Positions 1-9,098 of a stretch of DNA of 64,000 bases are shown here, piece by piece (position 1 is the first letter of the stretch; each line of letters opens with the position of its first letter). The DNA comes from an uncultured Planctomycetaceae bacterium (GTDB lineage: Bacteria > Planctomycetota > Planctomycetia > Isosphaerales > Isosphaeraceae): NCBI GenBank assembly GCA_963833985.1, contig CAWIAD010000002.1, positions 160,001 through 224,000 of the forward strand, written 5' to 3'. Below the pieces are notes generated by a model. The model did not search any database. It saw only the letters and a list, made by a program, of their open reading frames with translations, and was not told where the DNA came from. The position numbers and the translations under genes were made by a program.

Positions 1-1
1 C

Positions 2-2398
2 GGCGCGGCCCGACGCGACTCGGTTGATGGTTACTATCAGCTCACCCATGATTATCTCGTCCACTCGCTGCGCGACTGGCTGACAAGCAAGCAGCGCGAA
101 ACCCGGCGCGGCCGCGCCGAGCTGCTGCTGGAAGAGCGGTCGCTGCTCTGGACTTCCCGGCCAGAGACTCGATTTCTGCCCTCGCTCTGGGAATGGGTCT
201 GCATCCGACTGTTGACGGGCCCCAAGCACTGGACGACTTCCCAGCGCGCCATGGTGAGACGGGCAGGGCGAAAGCACGGTCTGGCCAGTCTGACGGCCGT
301 GGGACTCCTTGCACTGACCACCTGGGGAGTGATCGAAGCCAGCGCCAACCTGGCGGCGGCGGGAATTGTTGATTCGCTGAAGACGAGCCGGACAGCCGAC
401 GTACCTTCCATCATCGACGAGCTTGCTGCATATCGGCGCTGGGCCGACCCGCTGCTCCGCCGCTTGCTCAGGGAATCCGCCCCGAGCAGCCGCGCCCACC
501 TCCACGCCAGCATGGCGCTGCTCGCCGACGATCCCTCCCAGGTCGACTTCCTCACCGACAGGCTGCTCACGGCGGCGACGCCCGATCTCCCCGTTCTCTG
601 CAAGCTTTTGCAACCGCGCGGGTCGACCATCGTTCCAAGGCTCTGGGACGCGCTCGGCGCGGCGAAGCCGGGCGACCTCTCCGCACTACCGGCCGCGGCC
701 GCCCTGGCCCAGTACGCTCCGGAAGACGCGCAGTGGTCCGGGCACGCGAACCAGGTTGCCGAGCGACTGGCGCACTGCAACCCCCTGGATCTCCCTGCCT
801 GGCTCGAGTTGTTCCGGCCTGCTCGGGCCGTACTGCTTGCCCCGCTGGCCGAGGTCCTGCGCGATCGCTCTCCCCGGCGTACCGAAAGTGAACGCGAGAT
901 CGCCGCGACCCTGCTTTCGGATTACGCCGCCGACCAGCCCGCGCTGCTCGCGGATCTGCTCATGCACGCCGACCCCGTGCCATTCGCCGCACTCTTGCGT
1001 GCCGCGGAGAAGCAAGCGAACCGGGTTGCACCGATCTTGCGAGCTGAGACCCGGAGAGCCACGGACCCGGCCGCGAACCCGGCTGACGCGGCGACTGCCG
1101 ACGAGCTCGCCGCGCGGCGAGCCCGGGCCGCGGCCGCCCTGATCCGCATGGACCGGGCGGTCGACGCCTTCTTGCTGCTGCGCAGCGCGCCTGATCCCGG
1201 ACCTCGCTCTCATTTCATCCACGGGCTTCAACCCCTGGGAATTCCTGCCGAGCGCCTTGCCGGCGAGCTCGCGCGACTCAACTCACAGAACAGCGAAGCA
1301 GGCGCCGCCGGCAAGCACACCATGCAGGCGATTTTACAGCACCCGCAGATATCGTCCCGCCGGGCCCTCATCCTGGCGCTGGGTACGTACCCTGCCAGTG
1401 ACCTTGCTCCGGAACTCTTCACCTCCCTCTGTTCCACGCTGCTTGACCTGTACCGCAGCGATCCCGACAGCGGGATCCATGGCGCGGTCGAGTGGACGCT
1501 CAAGGCCTGGGGCCGCGTCGAGGAACTCCGCAGAGTGGACCTGGAGCTGAGCCGCGGCGCGCTGCGCAAGGACCGCCGGTGGTACGTCAACAGCCTGGGT
1601 CAAACCCTCGCCGTGGTCGACGGCCCCGTCGAGTTCCTGATGGGTTCTCCGGATTCGGAGCCCCATCGCGGAGGCGACGAAACTCAGCATCGACGGATCA
1701 TCCCCCGCCGGTTCGCGATCGCCACCAAGGAGGTGAGCCACGCCGAGCTGGAGAAGTTCCTCAAGGAGCATCCCGAGCTGGGCTCGGCGAACCGCCGCGA
1801 GTTCAGCCCCGATCCCGCGTGCCCTGCCAGCAAGCCAAGCTGGTACGCCGCGGCCGCGTTCTGCAACTGGCTGAGCGACCGTGAGCATTGCCCCCGCTGC
1901 TACGATCCCGCTCCCGATGGCCTGTATGGCGACGGAATGCGTGTGCCTGCCGACGCCCTGACCCGGACCGGCTATCGTCTACCCACCGAGGCGGAATGGG
2001 AATTCACCTGCCGTGCCGGGACCCTCGTCAGCCGCTACTGCGGAGCCGGCCCGACGCAGCTCTCGCATTACGGCTATTTCAATATGAACTCGGACGGCCA
2101 CGCCTGGCCCTGCGGCCAGCTCATGCCGAACGACCTGGGGCTCTTCGACATGCTGGGAAATGTCTACGAGTGGTGTCAGGATCGCTGGGAACCCTACCAG
2201 CCGAGCCCCGCCGGTGTGATCCTGGATCTTCTCAGCCAGCCGTTCCCGGTCCTGCAAACCAACCGGTACATTCTCCGAGGCGGGGGTTTCGTCGACGTGC
2301 CGGGCCATCTGAGAGCGGCCCAGAGGAGTTTCAATACCCCCAACAACCAGCTCGGTGTCTATGGGTTTCGGATCGCCCGGACATTGCCTGCGCCGTGA
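2..2398 (+). CDS. C-terminal part of a large protein ending in an FGE-sulfatase (SUMF1) domain, likely a planctomycete kinase/STAND-NTPase-FGE protein; 5'-truncated
   Basis: The frame is open from base 2 (YYQLTHDYLVHSLRDWL...). C-terminal FGE motifs: FLMGSP, YRLPTEAEWE, PNDLGLFDMLGNVYEWC, RGGGF, GFRIAR. Confidence 0.85.
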   Translation, partial: GAARRDSVDGYYQLTHDYLVHSLRDWLTSKQRETRRGRAELLLEERSLLWTSRPETRFLPSLWEWVCIRLLTGPKHWTTSQRAMVRRAGRKHGLASLTAVGLLALTTWGVIEASANLAAAGIVDSLKTSRTADVPSIIDELAAYRRWADPLLRRLLRESAPSSRAHLHASMALLADDPSQVDFLTDRLLTAATPDLPVLCKLLQPRGSTIVPRLWDALGAAKPGDLSALPAAAALAQYAPEDAQWSGHANQVAERLAHCNPLDLPAWLELFRPARAVLLAPLAEVLRDRSPRRTESEREIAATLLSDYAADQPALLADLLMHADPVPFAALLRAAEKQANRVAPILRAETRRATDPAANPADAATADELAARRARAAAALIRMDRAVDAFLLLRSAPDPGPRSHFIHGLQPLGIPAERLAGELARLNSQNSEAGAAGKHTMQAILQHPQISSRRALILALGTYPASDLAPELFTSLCSTLLDLYRSDPDSGIHGAVEWTLKAWGRVEELRRVDLELSRGALRKDRRWYVNSLGQTLAVVDGPVEFLMGSPDSEPHRGGDETQHRRIIPRRFAIATKEVSHAELEKFLKEHPELGSANRREFSPDPACPASKPSWYAAAAFCNWLSDREHCPRCYDPAPDGLYGDGMRVPADALTRTGYRLPTEAEWEFTCRAGTLVSRYCGAGPTQLSHYGYFNMNSDGHAWPCGQLMPNDLGLFDMLGNVYEWCQDRWEPYQPSPAGVILDLLSQPFPVLQTNRYILRGGGFVDVPGHLRAAQRSFNTPNNQLGVYGFRIARTLPAP

Positions 2399-2457
2399 GC
2401 GGCACTCAACCGATCACGGCACCGCCATCGTCACACCGGGCGGATGCCGGGCACTCT

Positions 2458-3036
2458 TCATGGTGCTTCGTCTCCAGGTGGTGGAGGAGGACCGAACCCG
2501 CCCCGGCCGCGCGGACCGCCCGGCCCGCGTCGCCGCATCTGCTCCAGCGTCTTCTTCTGTGGCTCCGTGAGGATCCTCGCCAGCCGGGCGTCCACCTCCT
2601 TCTGAAGCGCGTCGAGCTCTGCTTGCTGATCCGCAGTCAGCTCGAGAGCGCGGCGGAAGAACGGCGGAAGAACCTCACCCGGGCGCGGGGGCCCCATCAT
2701 GGGACCACCGGGACCACCGAAGCCGCCGGGAGGGCCAGAGCCGCCGGGAGGGCCAAAGCCACCCGAATTACCCCGGTAGCTGGCCGCTTCCTTCGTGGCC
2801 AGCGCGCTCAGTTCGGCCCTGGTGACCGTGCCGTCCTTGTCGGCATCGGCCCGGTCGAAGAGCCGGCTCAGACGCTCGTCACCAACCTCGGACTTCGTCA
2901 GCTTGCCGTCACCGTTCTTGTCGTACGCCATCATCCGTTCCACCAGGGAATCGGCGACGGCTGAACTCTGCGCCAGGGCAAAGGACGCGGCGATCAGGCT
3001 GCCGCCGGCCAGTAGCAAGATGTGAAGTTTTCGCAT
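2458..3036 (-). CDS. Secreted EF-hand protein with Gly/Pro-rich linker
   Basis: Signal peptide MRKLHILLLAGG..ALAQ, EF-hand loops DKNGDGKLTKSE and DADKDGTVTRAE, and a GAGGAG RBS before the ATG at 3036. Confidence 0.8.
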   Translation of the reverse strand: MRKLHILLLAGGSLIAASFALAQSSAVADSLVERMMAYDKNGDGKLTKSEVGDERLSRLFDRADADKDGTVTRAELSALATKEAASYRGNSGGFGPPGGSGPPGGFGGPGGPMMGPPRPGEVLPPFFRRALELTADQQAELDALQKEVDARLARILTEPQKKTLEQMRRRGPGGPRGRGGFGPPPPPGDEAP

Positions 3037-3091
3037 GGCTCTCCTCAAGGGCGTTGTCCAGGACCGGTTCATGAACTCAGTCGGGCGCGAT

Positions 3092-3796
3092 TCAGCGCGC
3101 GTTGTTGCGGCCGCGCTGCAAGGTGAGCTCGTCCGGCGTGCGGCCCAGGACGATCTCGAACCGCGCGGCGAGCTCGCCGGTCTTCGTGTTTGGCACGGGC
3201 TTGAAGTCGATCATCAGGAGCTCGCGCTCGAACAATCCTCCGGCCGACTGCGCCACGCCGTCGATGGCGTTGCCCGGGTGCCCGGCGATCATGATCTGCG
3301 TGGTCAGGAGCTCGCGGCCGCCCTTCTTCACCTTGACGTGAATGTGCGGCGCGGGGCGTCCGGGATAGGGAACCGGCTTGATCGTCCGGAAGTAATACTC
3401 TCCCCTGGACCCGGTGGTGAAGCGTCCGAATCCCTGGAAGTTTCGGTCCTGCTGATCCCTCTTGTTCGCACTATCGCCCGTGTGCAGGTAAACCTGGTTG
3501 GCGTCGCACTGCCAGATCTCGACCGTGGCGTCCCGCACCGGGCTGCCGCTGGTGCTGATCACACGGCCGGTCAGATGGGTGATCTCGCCCACGGCCGGCG
3601 TGATGCCGTCGTTCACAATGATCAGATCGTTGTCCGTGTCCAGCGGCAGCTTGTCGGGATAGAACGGCCCCTCGGTCATCTCGGGCGTGCGCGCGAACTC
3701 CTCCGCGAAAAGCCCGCGTGTCGTGAAGAAAGCCCCGCCGGCAGCCAGCGTTCCCAGAAACAGGCGACGACTTGCCCGAGGATTGTTGAGTGACAT
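3092..3796 (-). CDS. Intradiol ring-cleavage dioxygenase (protocatechuate 3,4-dioxygenase-like) with Tat signal
   Basis: Motifs TEGPFYP, VEIWQCDANQVY, GFGR, FRTIKPVPYPGRPAPHIH. N-terminal SRRLFL twin-arginine motif. Confidence 0.85.
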   Translation of the reverse strand: MSLNNPRASRRLFLGTLAAGGAFFTTRGLFAEEFARTPEMTEGPFYPDKLPLDTDNDLIIVNDGITPAVGEITHLTGRVISTSGSPVRDATVEIWQCDANQVYLHTGDSANKRDQQDRNFQGFGRFTTGSRGEYYFRTIKPVPYPGRPAPHIHVKVKKGGRELLTTQIMIAGHPGNAIDGVAQSAGGLFERELLMIDFKPVPNTKTGELAARFEIVLGRTPDELTLQRGRNNAR

Positions 3797-4028
3797 GGAA
3801 CGGCCCTCTGGAAATGGAGTCAGAAGAGTGAGATCACGAAAAAAGGAATCCGTCGACTGGAATCAGAATACTCTACGGATCGACGAGGACGCGCTCCGTA
3901 AAAGTCTGTAAACGGCCCCCACATGCGATCCAGAGACTTCGGTTGACTTGCAGAACCCGCGCAGGTCAGGTATGAAACAGCGAGCCGGAATCGCGTTCGA
4001 CTGCCCTGAGGGAAGGAGAAGCCGTCCC

Positions 4029-4634
4029 ATGTCCGCAGCCCAGCTTCGTGTCGGCCCCGGTGACCGCGGACGCAGGATGTCGCTGGAACAATTCCGCGCA
4101 GCCGACGAAGAAGAAGGCTATCGGTACGAGCTGTCAGAGGGACTACTCGAAGTAACGGAAGTCCCGGGACCGACCCATCGACGTGTCGTGGGGAATCTCT
4201 ATCGAGCCATCGCTCGTTACGATCAGGAGCACCCGGGCTGCATCGAAACTTACGGAGGCGGGTCAGAATTTCGACTCTGGGTTCCCGCGCGATCCTCGGG
4301 CCGAAATCCCGACCTGGGCGTCGTCCTGGAAGAAACGCTCCCCGATGCTCGAGGGCGAACTCAGCCGACCCTGGTCGGCGAGGTGGTTTCAGAAAGCAGC
4401 CGTGTCCGCGACTACGAAACGAAACGCCAGGAATACCTGCTGTATGGCATCGAGGAATACTGGATCGTCGATCCGCGGCTCCGCCAGGTCACCGTGTTGA
4501 TCAGGGAGGACAACGATTGGACCGGACAGGTCGTCCGCGACGAAGAGACGATCCCCAGCCGCCTCCTCCCTGGCCTCAAAACCCCCGTCGCCGAATCATG
4601 GAAGGGCATCGCACCTGAGGACACGGAAGAGTAA
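4029..4634 (+). CDS. Uma2 (DUF820) family endonuclease
   Basis: Motifs RYELSEG, NPDLGVV, EVVSESS..RDYETKRQEY..GIEEYWIVDP. GGAG RBS before the ATG at 4029. Confidence 0.85.
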   Translation: MSAAQLRVGPGDRGRRMSLEQFRAADEEEGYRYELSEGLLEVTEVPGPTHRRVVGNLYRAIARYDQEHPGCIETYGGGSEFRLWVPARSSGRNPDLGVVLEETLPDARGRTQPTLVGEVVSESSRVRDYETKRQEYLLYGIEEYWIVDPRLRQVTVLIREDNDWTGQVVRDEETIPSRLLPGLKTPVAESWKGIAPEDTEE

Positions 4635-4755
4635 GTCACACCGGTTCGCGCCGCCCGAGCAGCAGCACCAGGTCAATCGCGCGGTTTCCAGGGTGGTACT
4701 CCAGTTCGCTCATCTCGTAAATCTGAACCACACCGAGAAAAAACTCGGGCCACCA

Positions 4756-4806
4756 TTGACAACTGTCCGAAACCTGCGAATACTGTATTAGTGACGTAGC
4801 ACAGTA
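4756..4806 (+). promoter_or_regulatory. sigma70-type promoter with overlapping YtrA/GntR-type operator
   Basis: TTGACA (4756)-17 nt-AATACT (4779). Inverted repeat TACTGTATTA-GTGACG-TAGCACAGTA (4781-4806) lies immediately before the gntR RBS. Confidence 0.7.
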
Positions 4807-4813
4807 GGAGGGC

Positions 4814-5230
4814 GTGATGATCCTTCTTGACGTGAACGCGGCGGACAGCCGGCCGATCTACGGCCAGATTGCCGACCGGGTGAAGTTCGCGATCGCCGCG
4901 GGAGTGTTGCGGCCGGGGGACCTGGTGCCTTCGGTACGCGAACTCTCCAGGCAACTGGTGGTGAACCCCAACACGGTGGCCCGGGCGTACAGGGAGCTTC
5001 AGAACGAGGGGCTGGTCGAGCCGGTGCGGGGAACCGGGTTGCAGGTCGCCGAGGACGCTGTGGAGAAATGCCGCCAGGCACGCAGTGAGTTCGTCCGCCA
5101 GCGCATCCGCGTGGCCTTCGACGAGGCGCGGCGGACCGAGCTGAACCTGGCCGAGATCGAGGCGATCCTGCACGAAGAGTGGGCCAAGAGCAACGGCGCC
5201 GCATCCCAGGCGGCGGGGAGGAACATGTGA
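4814..5230 (+). CDS. GntR family (YtrA subfamily) transcriptional regulator
   Basis: PIYGQI..G.LRPGDLVPSVRELSRQLVVNPNTVARAYREL. Short protein directly upstream of an ABC ATPase. Confidence 0.92.
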   Translation: MMILLDVNAADSRPIYGQIADRVKFAIAAGVLRPGDLVPSVRELSRQLVVNPNTVARAYRELQNEGLVEPVRGTGLQVAEDAVEKCRQARSEFVRQRIRVAFDEARRTELNLAEIEAILHEEWAKSNGAASQAAGRNM

Positions 5231-6195
5231 TGATGAGCCAGGCGAAGCCCGCGATCCGGACCGACAACCTGACCAAGCACTATCGCGGTCAGGTCGCTCT
5301 CGACGGGCTGTCTATCGAAGTGCCCGAAGGCTCTGTCTTCGGCCTGCTGGGTGAGAACGGCGCGGGCAAGACCACGACGCTGCAAATGCTCCTGGGATTG
5401 ACCGCACCCGACGCCGGTTCGGCGCAGGTTCTTGGGCTTGATCCGGTGCGCCACGGGATCGACATCCGCCGTCGGGTGGGTTACGTGCCCGAGCAACCGG
5501 CACTCTACGACTGGATGACCGTGAGCGAGATCGGCTGGTTCGCAGCTGGCTTCCATCCCGATGCGCGCACCGGCACGGGCGGATACCAGACCCGCTACAC
5601 GGAGCTGATCGACGGTTATGCGCTTCCCCCCAAACGCAAGATCAAGCAGCTTTCCAAGGGCATGCGGGCCAAGGTCTCGCTCGCCCTGGCCCTGGCGGGC
5701 GACCCGCAATTGCTGGTGCTCGATGAGCCGACGTCGGGCCTCGATGCCATGGTGCGCCGGGAGTTTCTGGAAAGCATGGTCGACCTGGCGAGCAACGGAC
5801 GCACGGTGCTGCTTTCAAGCCATCAGATCGGCGAGGTCGAACGCGTGGCCAGCCACGTCGCGCTCTTGCACCAGGGACGCCTGATCCTGGCCGAGCCGCT
5901 CGACGAGCTGAAGGCCCGGACGTTTCTGCTGGCGATCACGTTCACCAGTCGCGACCACCCCGTGGCGCCGCCCGCGAACCTGCCGGTCGAGCTGATCGAC
6001 GCGGCGGATGCACCAAGGCAGGCGCACTGGCTGGTCCGCGCCCGCGACCGCGCGGCCGCCGAGGCCGTTCGCGGCTTGCCGGGTGTCGAATCGCTGCAAG
6101 TCGAGACACCTAGCCTCGAAGACATTTATATCGGTTACATGCGTGGCCGCCGGCCTCAGCCATCGCCGCCCGCGCCGGCGGCGAACGTGGCCTGA
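5230..6195 (+). CDS. ABC transporter ATP-binding protein
   Basis: Walker A GENGAGKTT, signature LSKGM, Walker B LLVLDEPT, H-loop SSH. Start overlaps the gntR stop. Confidence 0.92.
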   Translation: MMSQAKPAIRTDNLTKHYRGQVALDGLSIEVPEGSVFGLLGENGAGKTTTLQMLLGLTAPDAGSAQVLGLDPVRHGIDIRRRVGYVPEQPALYDWMTVSEIGWFAAGFHPDARTGTGGYQTRYTELIDGYALPPKRKIKQLSKGMRAKVSLALALAGDPQLLVLDEPTSGLDAMVRREFLESMVDLASNGRTVLLSSHQIGEVERVASHVALLHQGRLILAEPLDELKARTFLLAITFTSRDHPVAPPANLPVELIDAADAPRQAHWLVRARDRAAAEAVRGLPGVESLQVETPSLEDIYIGYMRGRRPQPSPPAPAANVA

Positions 6196-6250
6196 CGGTT
6201 GTTATCCCGCACACCTCCGTTCACAGTCACTGGCTTGGAGACCGACTCAA

Positions 6251-9082
6251 ATGCTTGCCCGGTTATGGTGGAAGGACGCCCGCCAGTTCTGGCCGATCTG
6301 GGTGATGCTCGTGGCGTTCGCCTCTGTGGAGCAGTGGCTGGTGCTCCACTACTTCGGTGATCGAGTGCGCCACGGCGAACTTCTCATCGCGGCGCTGGGC
6401 TGGACTTGCCTTTATGGCTTCGCGGTCGCCGCGGCCGCGTTCGCGGGCGAGCGCGAGAGCCGCACGCTGGTCCTGCTCGACGCGCTGCCGGTGGAGCGCT
6501 GGCGGCTCTGGATCAGCAAGGTCTCGTTCGCGTTCGTTTCGACGTTCGCGCTGGGTTTGTTGTTGTTCGTAGTCGCCGTGACGCTCGGCGACAACTGGGT
6601 GGTCACGACCCAGTGGTGGTGGGAATTTGAACCGCCGTGGCAGGGCATCCTGGCGGGGGTCGCGGTCCTGTTCTTGGTGCTTGGCTGTGGGTTGTTCTGG
6701 TCGGTAATCTTCAGCAATGCGATGGTCGCCGCATTATTCGCCGTGTTCAGCGCCCTGGCACTTGTCCCGGTCTTCGACGCCGGATTGCGATTCAACTTCT
6801 GGCTCAATGCTCCTAAGCTGCACGCACCAGCGCTGGGCGTGCTGGGCGTGGTCGCGTCGCTCGTGCTGTTCCTCCGGTCGGGTCCACCGGCGCGGCCACT
6901 GATCGCGCGAAAACCTCAGCGCCCGAGAGTTCGGCCGGCTCCGGCGCTCGCGACCGTGCCGACGGCAGAGCATGGACAACTTCGCTACTGGCCCACGGCT
7001 CTGCGCAGCCTGACCTGGCAGACCCTGCGCGAAGTGCGGTCCATCTGGAAATGGCTGGCCTTGCTCTGCCTGGTTGCGACACCTTGCGTCTACATCGGGA
7101 CACGCACCCCCGCCGAGAGCTGGATGCTCTGCCTTCTGGCCGCGAACATCATTGCGGGAGTGAGCGTCTTCGGGGTCGAAAACCGCGCGCGGACGCAGGT
7201 CTTCCTGGCCAACGAGGGTGTGCAGCCGTTCCTGGTCTGGCTGGTCAAGGTCTTGATCTGGTTCGGGGCCATGCTCGTTCTCTGGATTCTCACATTCCTC
7301 GTTGCTCTCGTACTCGCCGCGATCTGGGGTCCGATGAGTTTCGGACCTGCGCCCGGAATGGCCGATCTCCTCATCCCGCTTGGCGGACTGCTCTCCACCC
7401 TTGCGATCCCGGTCCTGTGCGGCATGGTGGTCAGGCGCGCAATCACGGCGGGAACGGTGGCCGTGCTGGTCCTGCTGCTTGCGCTGCTGCCTCTCGCGGG
7501 GCTCTACGCGCTGAAGATGCTCCCCAGCCTGTTCTGGATCCTCGTTCCGCTCACTTTTCTGCTGGTCAGCCTGGGCTGGAGCCACGAGTGGCTGCTCGAT
7601 CGGACGGGTATCCGGCGATGGGTCAAGCTCGCCTTCCTGATCGTCGGCTGGTTCGGGGCGCTGTTCGCGGCCTACATCACCACCCGTGTACAGGGTGTTC
7701 CCACCCTCGATCCTGCGCTTGAAGCACACATTTTCCCATTCACCTCGCCGCGCATCCCGGCGGCCGAGAACGCCGCGGAACTCTATCGCGAGGCCGCGAA
7801 ATCGCTCTCGCCCATGCCGGAGGGAGTGTTCAAGAGGTTCACCGCGTGGGAGCGTCCCGTGGCTGGAGATAACGAGATCTGGCTTCTCGTGAACACCCGG
7901 TCGCTTCAGTTGATCCGCCGTGCCGCGATGATGCCTGCCTGCCAGTTCACGCCGCTGGAGCAGCTTACGATCTTCTCCCCGGACTACTTCCCAAGTAGCG
8001 GACCTCACGGGACTCTATCACTTTTTCTTCTTCTCACCCGATCGGTCCTCGACCACGAGGCCAGGGGTGACCTGGATAGCGCGTGGAACGATCTTCTGAT
8101 CATGTTCCGGATCGCCCGACACTGGTCCGGCGCGGCGCCGATTCATCACGCCTTCTCAGGTCTGTATGTCGAGCGTATGGCCCTGAACCAGGCCATGCTC
8201 TGGGCGGCTGATCCGAAACAAACCTCCGAGCGGCTGCGTTCCGCGCTCGATGCCTATCGCAGCCTGCCGCCGATGCCCGATGCCGCCGAGGCGATCCGCG
8301 CCGAGGCCCAGATCATCCGGAATACGGAGAAGCTGCCCCGGTCGGAGCTGAGGGGAAAAATCTTCGATCGGAAGGCCCTTGAGGTCAGCGGCCGCTCCGA
8401 CCTTTGGATGTCGAAGCTCTGGGTCGATGTGGTGACCACGCCCTGGGAGCTGACACGAACGAGCAGGGCTCTGAGGTTGGTGCTCGCCTCAAAGATCCTG
8501 GCCGCGGACACTGATCCAGGGTTCGCCGATCCTCGAACCTTCGATCCGGCCAGAGGAGCTCCGCCCGTACTGACCACGGGCTATCCAGGGAAGTTTCTCG
8601 CCTTCGAATTCCTCCACGAGATCGAGGAGAGCACGCCGCTGGTTCGGCTTGCTCTGCCAGCCATCGACGGCTATCTGGACTACGTAGATCACAACACGGT
8701 TCAGCGGCGGGCCCTCGTGCAGATCCTCGCACTACGCCTCTGGCAGGTCCAGCATGATGGCCGTCTGCCCGAGAAGCTCCAGGAACTGGTGACCTCGGGC
8801 TTGCTCGGCGAGCTGCCCGCCGACCCCTACGCGCGAGGACGCCAGTTCCATTACGTGCGTTCGTCCGGCCAGCAACTGCTTGCTCTCGGGGAACCTGGAC
8901 CCATCCAGCAGAGCACCCATATCAATAGGCTTCGATCGACATCCGGCTCATGGCTCCTCTACAGCATCGGGCCCGACAGGCAAGACGACGGCGCTTTCAC
9001 GAACGAGCTGAATACGGGGAAGGGCGACATTGTCTTCCCGCTGCCGGAGAAATTGAACCCGGAGACGAAGCCAAATCCGTGA
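6251..9082 (+). CDS. ABC-2-type permease (two membrane modules) fused to a large soluble C-terminal domain
   Basis: MLARLWWKDARQ start, FAGERESRTLVLLDALPV permease motif, a second module (LTWQTLRE..GVENRART), many TM segments, and C-terminal LPADPY..YSIGPDRQDDG. Confidence 0.75.
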   Translation: MLARLWWKDARQFWPIWVMLVAFASVEQWLVLHYFGDRVRHGELLIAALGWTCLYGFAVAAAAFAGERESRTLVLLDALPVERWRLWISKVSFAFVSTFALGLLLFVVAVTLGDNWVVTTQWWWEFEPPWQGILAGVAVLFLVLGCGLFWSVIFSNAMVAALFAVFSALALVPVFDAGLRFNFWLNAPKLHAPALGVLGVVASLVLFLRSGPPARPLIARKPQRPRVRPAPALATVPTAEHGQLRYWPTALRSLTWQTLREVRSIWKWLALLCLVATPCVYIGTRTPAESWMLCLLAANIIAGVSVFGVENRARTQVFLANEGVQPFLVWLVKVLIWFGAMLVLWILTFLVALVLAAIWGPMSFGPAPGMADLLIPLGGLLSTLAIPVLCGMVVRRAITAGTVAVLVLLLALLPLAGLYALKMLPSLFWILVPLTFLLVSLGWSHEWLLDRTGIRRWVKLAFLIVGWFGALFAAYITTRVQGVPTLDPALEAHIFPFTSPRIPAAENAAELYREAAKSLSPMPEGVFKRFTAWERPVAGDNEIWLLVNTRSLQLIRRAAMMPACQFTPLEQLTIFSPDYFPSSGPHGTLSLFLLLTRSVLDHEARGDLDSAWNDLLIMFRIARHWSGAAPIHHAFSGLYVERMALNQAMLWAADPKQTSERLRSALDAYRSLPPMPDAAEAIRAEAQIIRNTEKLPRSELRGKIFDRKALEVSGRSDLWMSKLWVDVVTTPWELTRTSRALRLVLASKILAADTDPGFADPRTFDPARGAPPVLTTGYPGKFLAFEFLHEIEESTPLVRLALPAIDGYLDYVDHNTVQRRALVQILALRLWQVQHDGRLPEKLQELVTSGLLGELPADPYARGRQFHYVRSSGQQLLALGEPGPIQQSTHINRLRSTSGSWLLYSIGPDRQDDGAFTNELNTGKGDIVFPLPEKLNPETKPNP

Positions 9083-9098
9083 GGCGAGTCGCCGCACG

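Noticed and set aside
2200..2398. DGR variable region in the FGE (C-type lectin fold) C-terminus
   Set aside because: No template repeat or reverse transcriptase is visible in the window.
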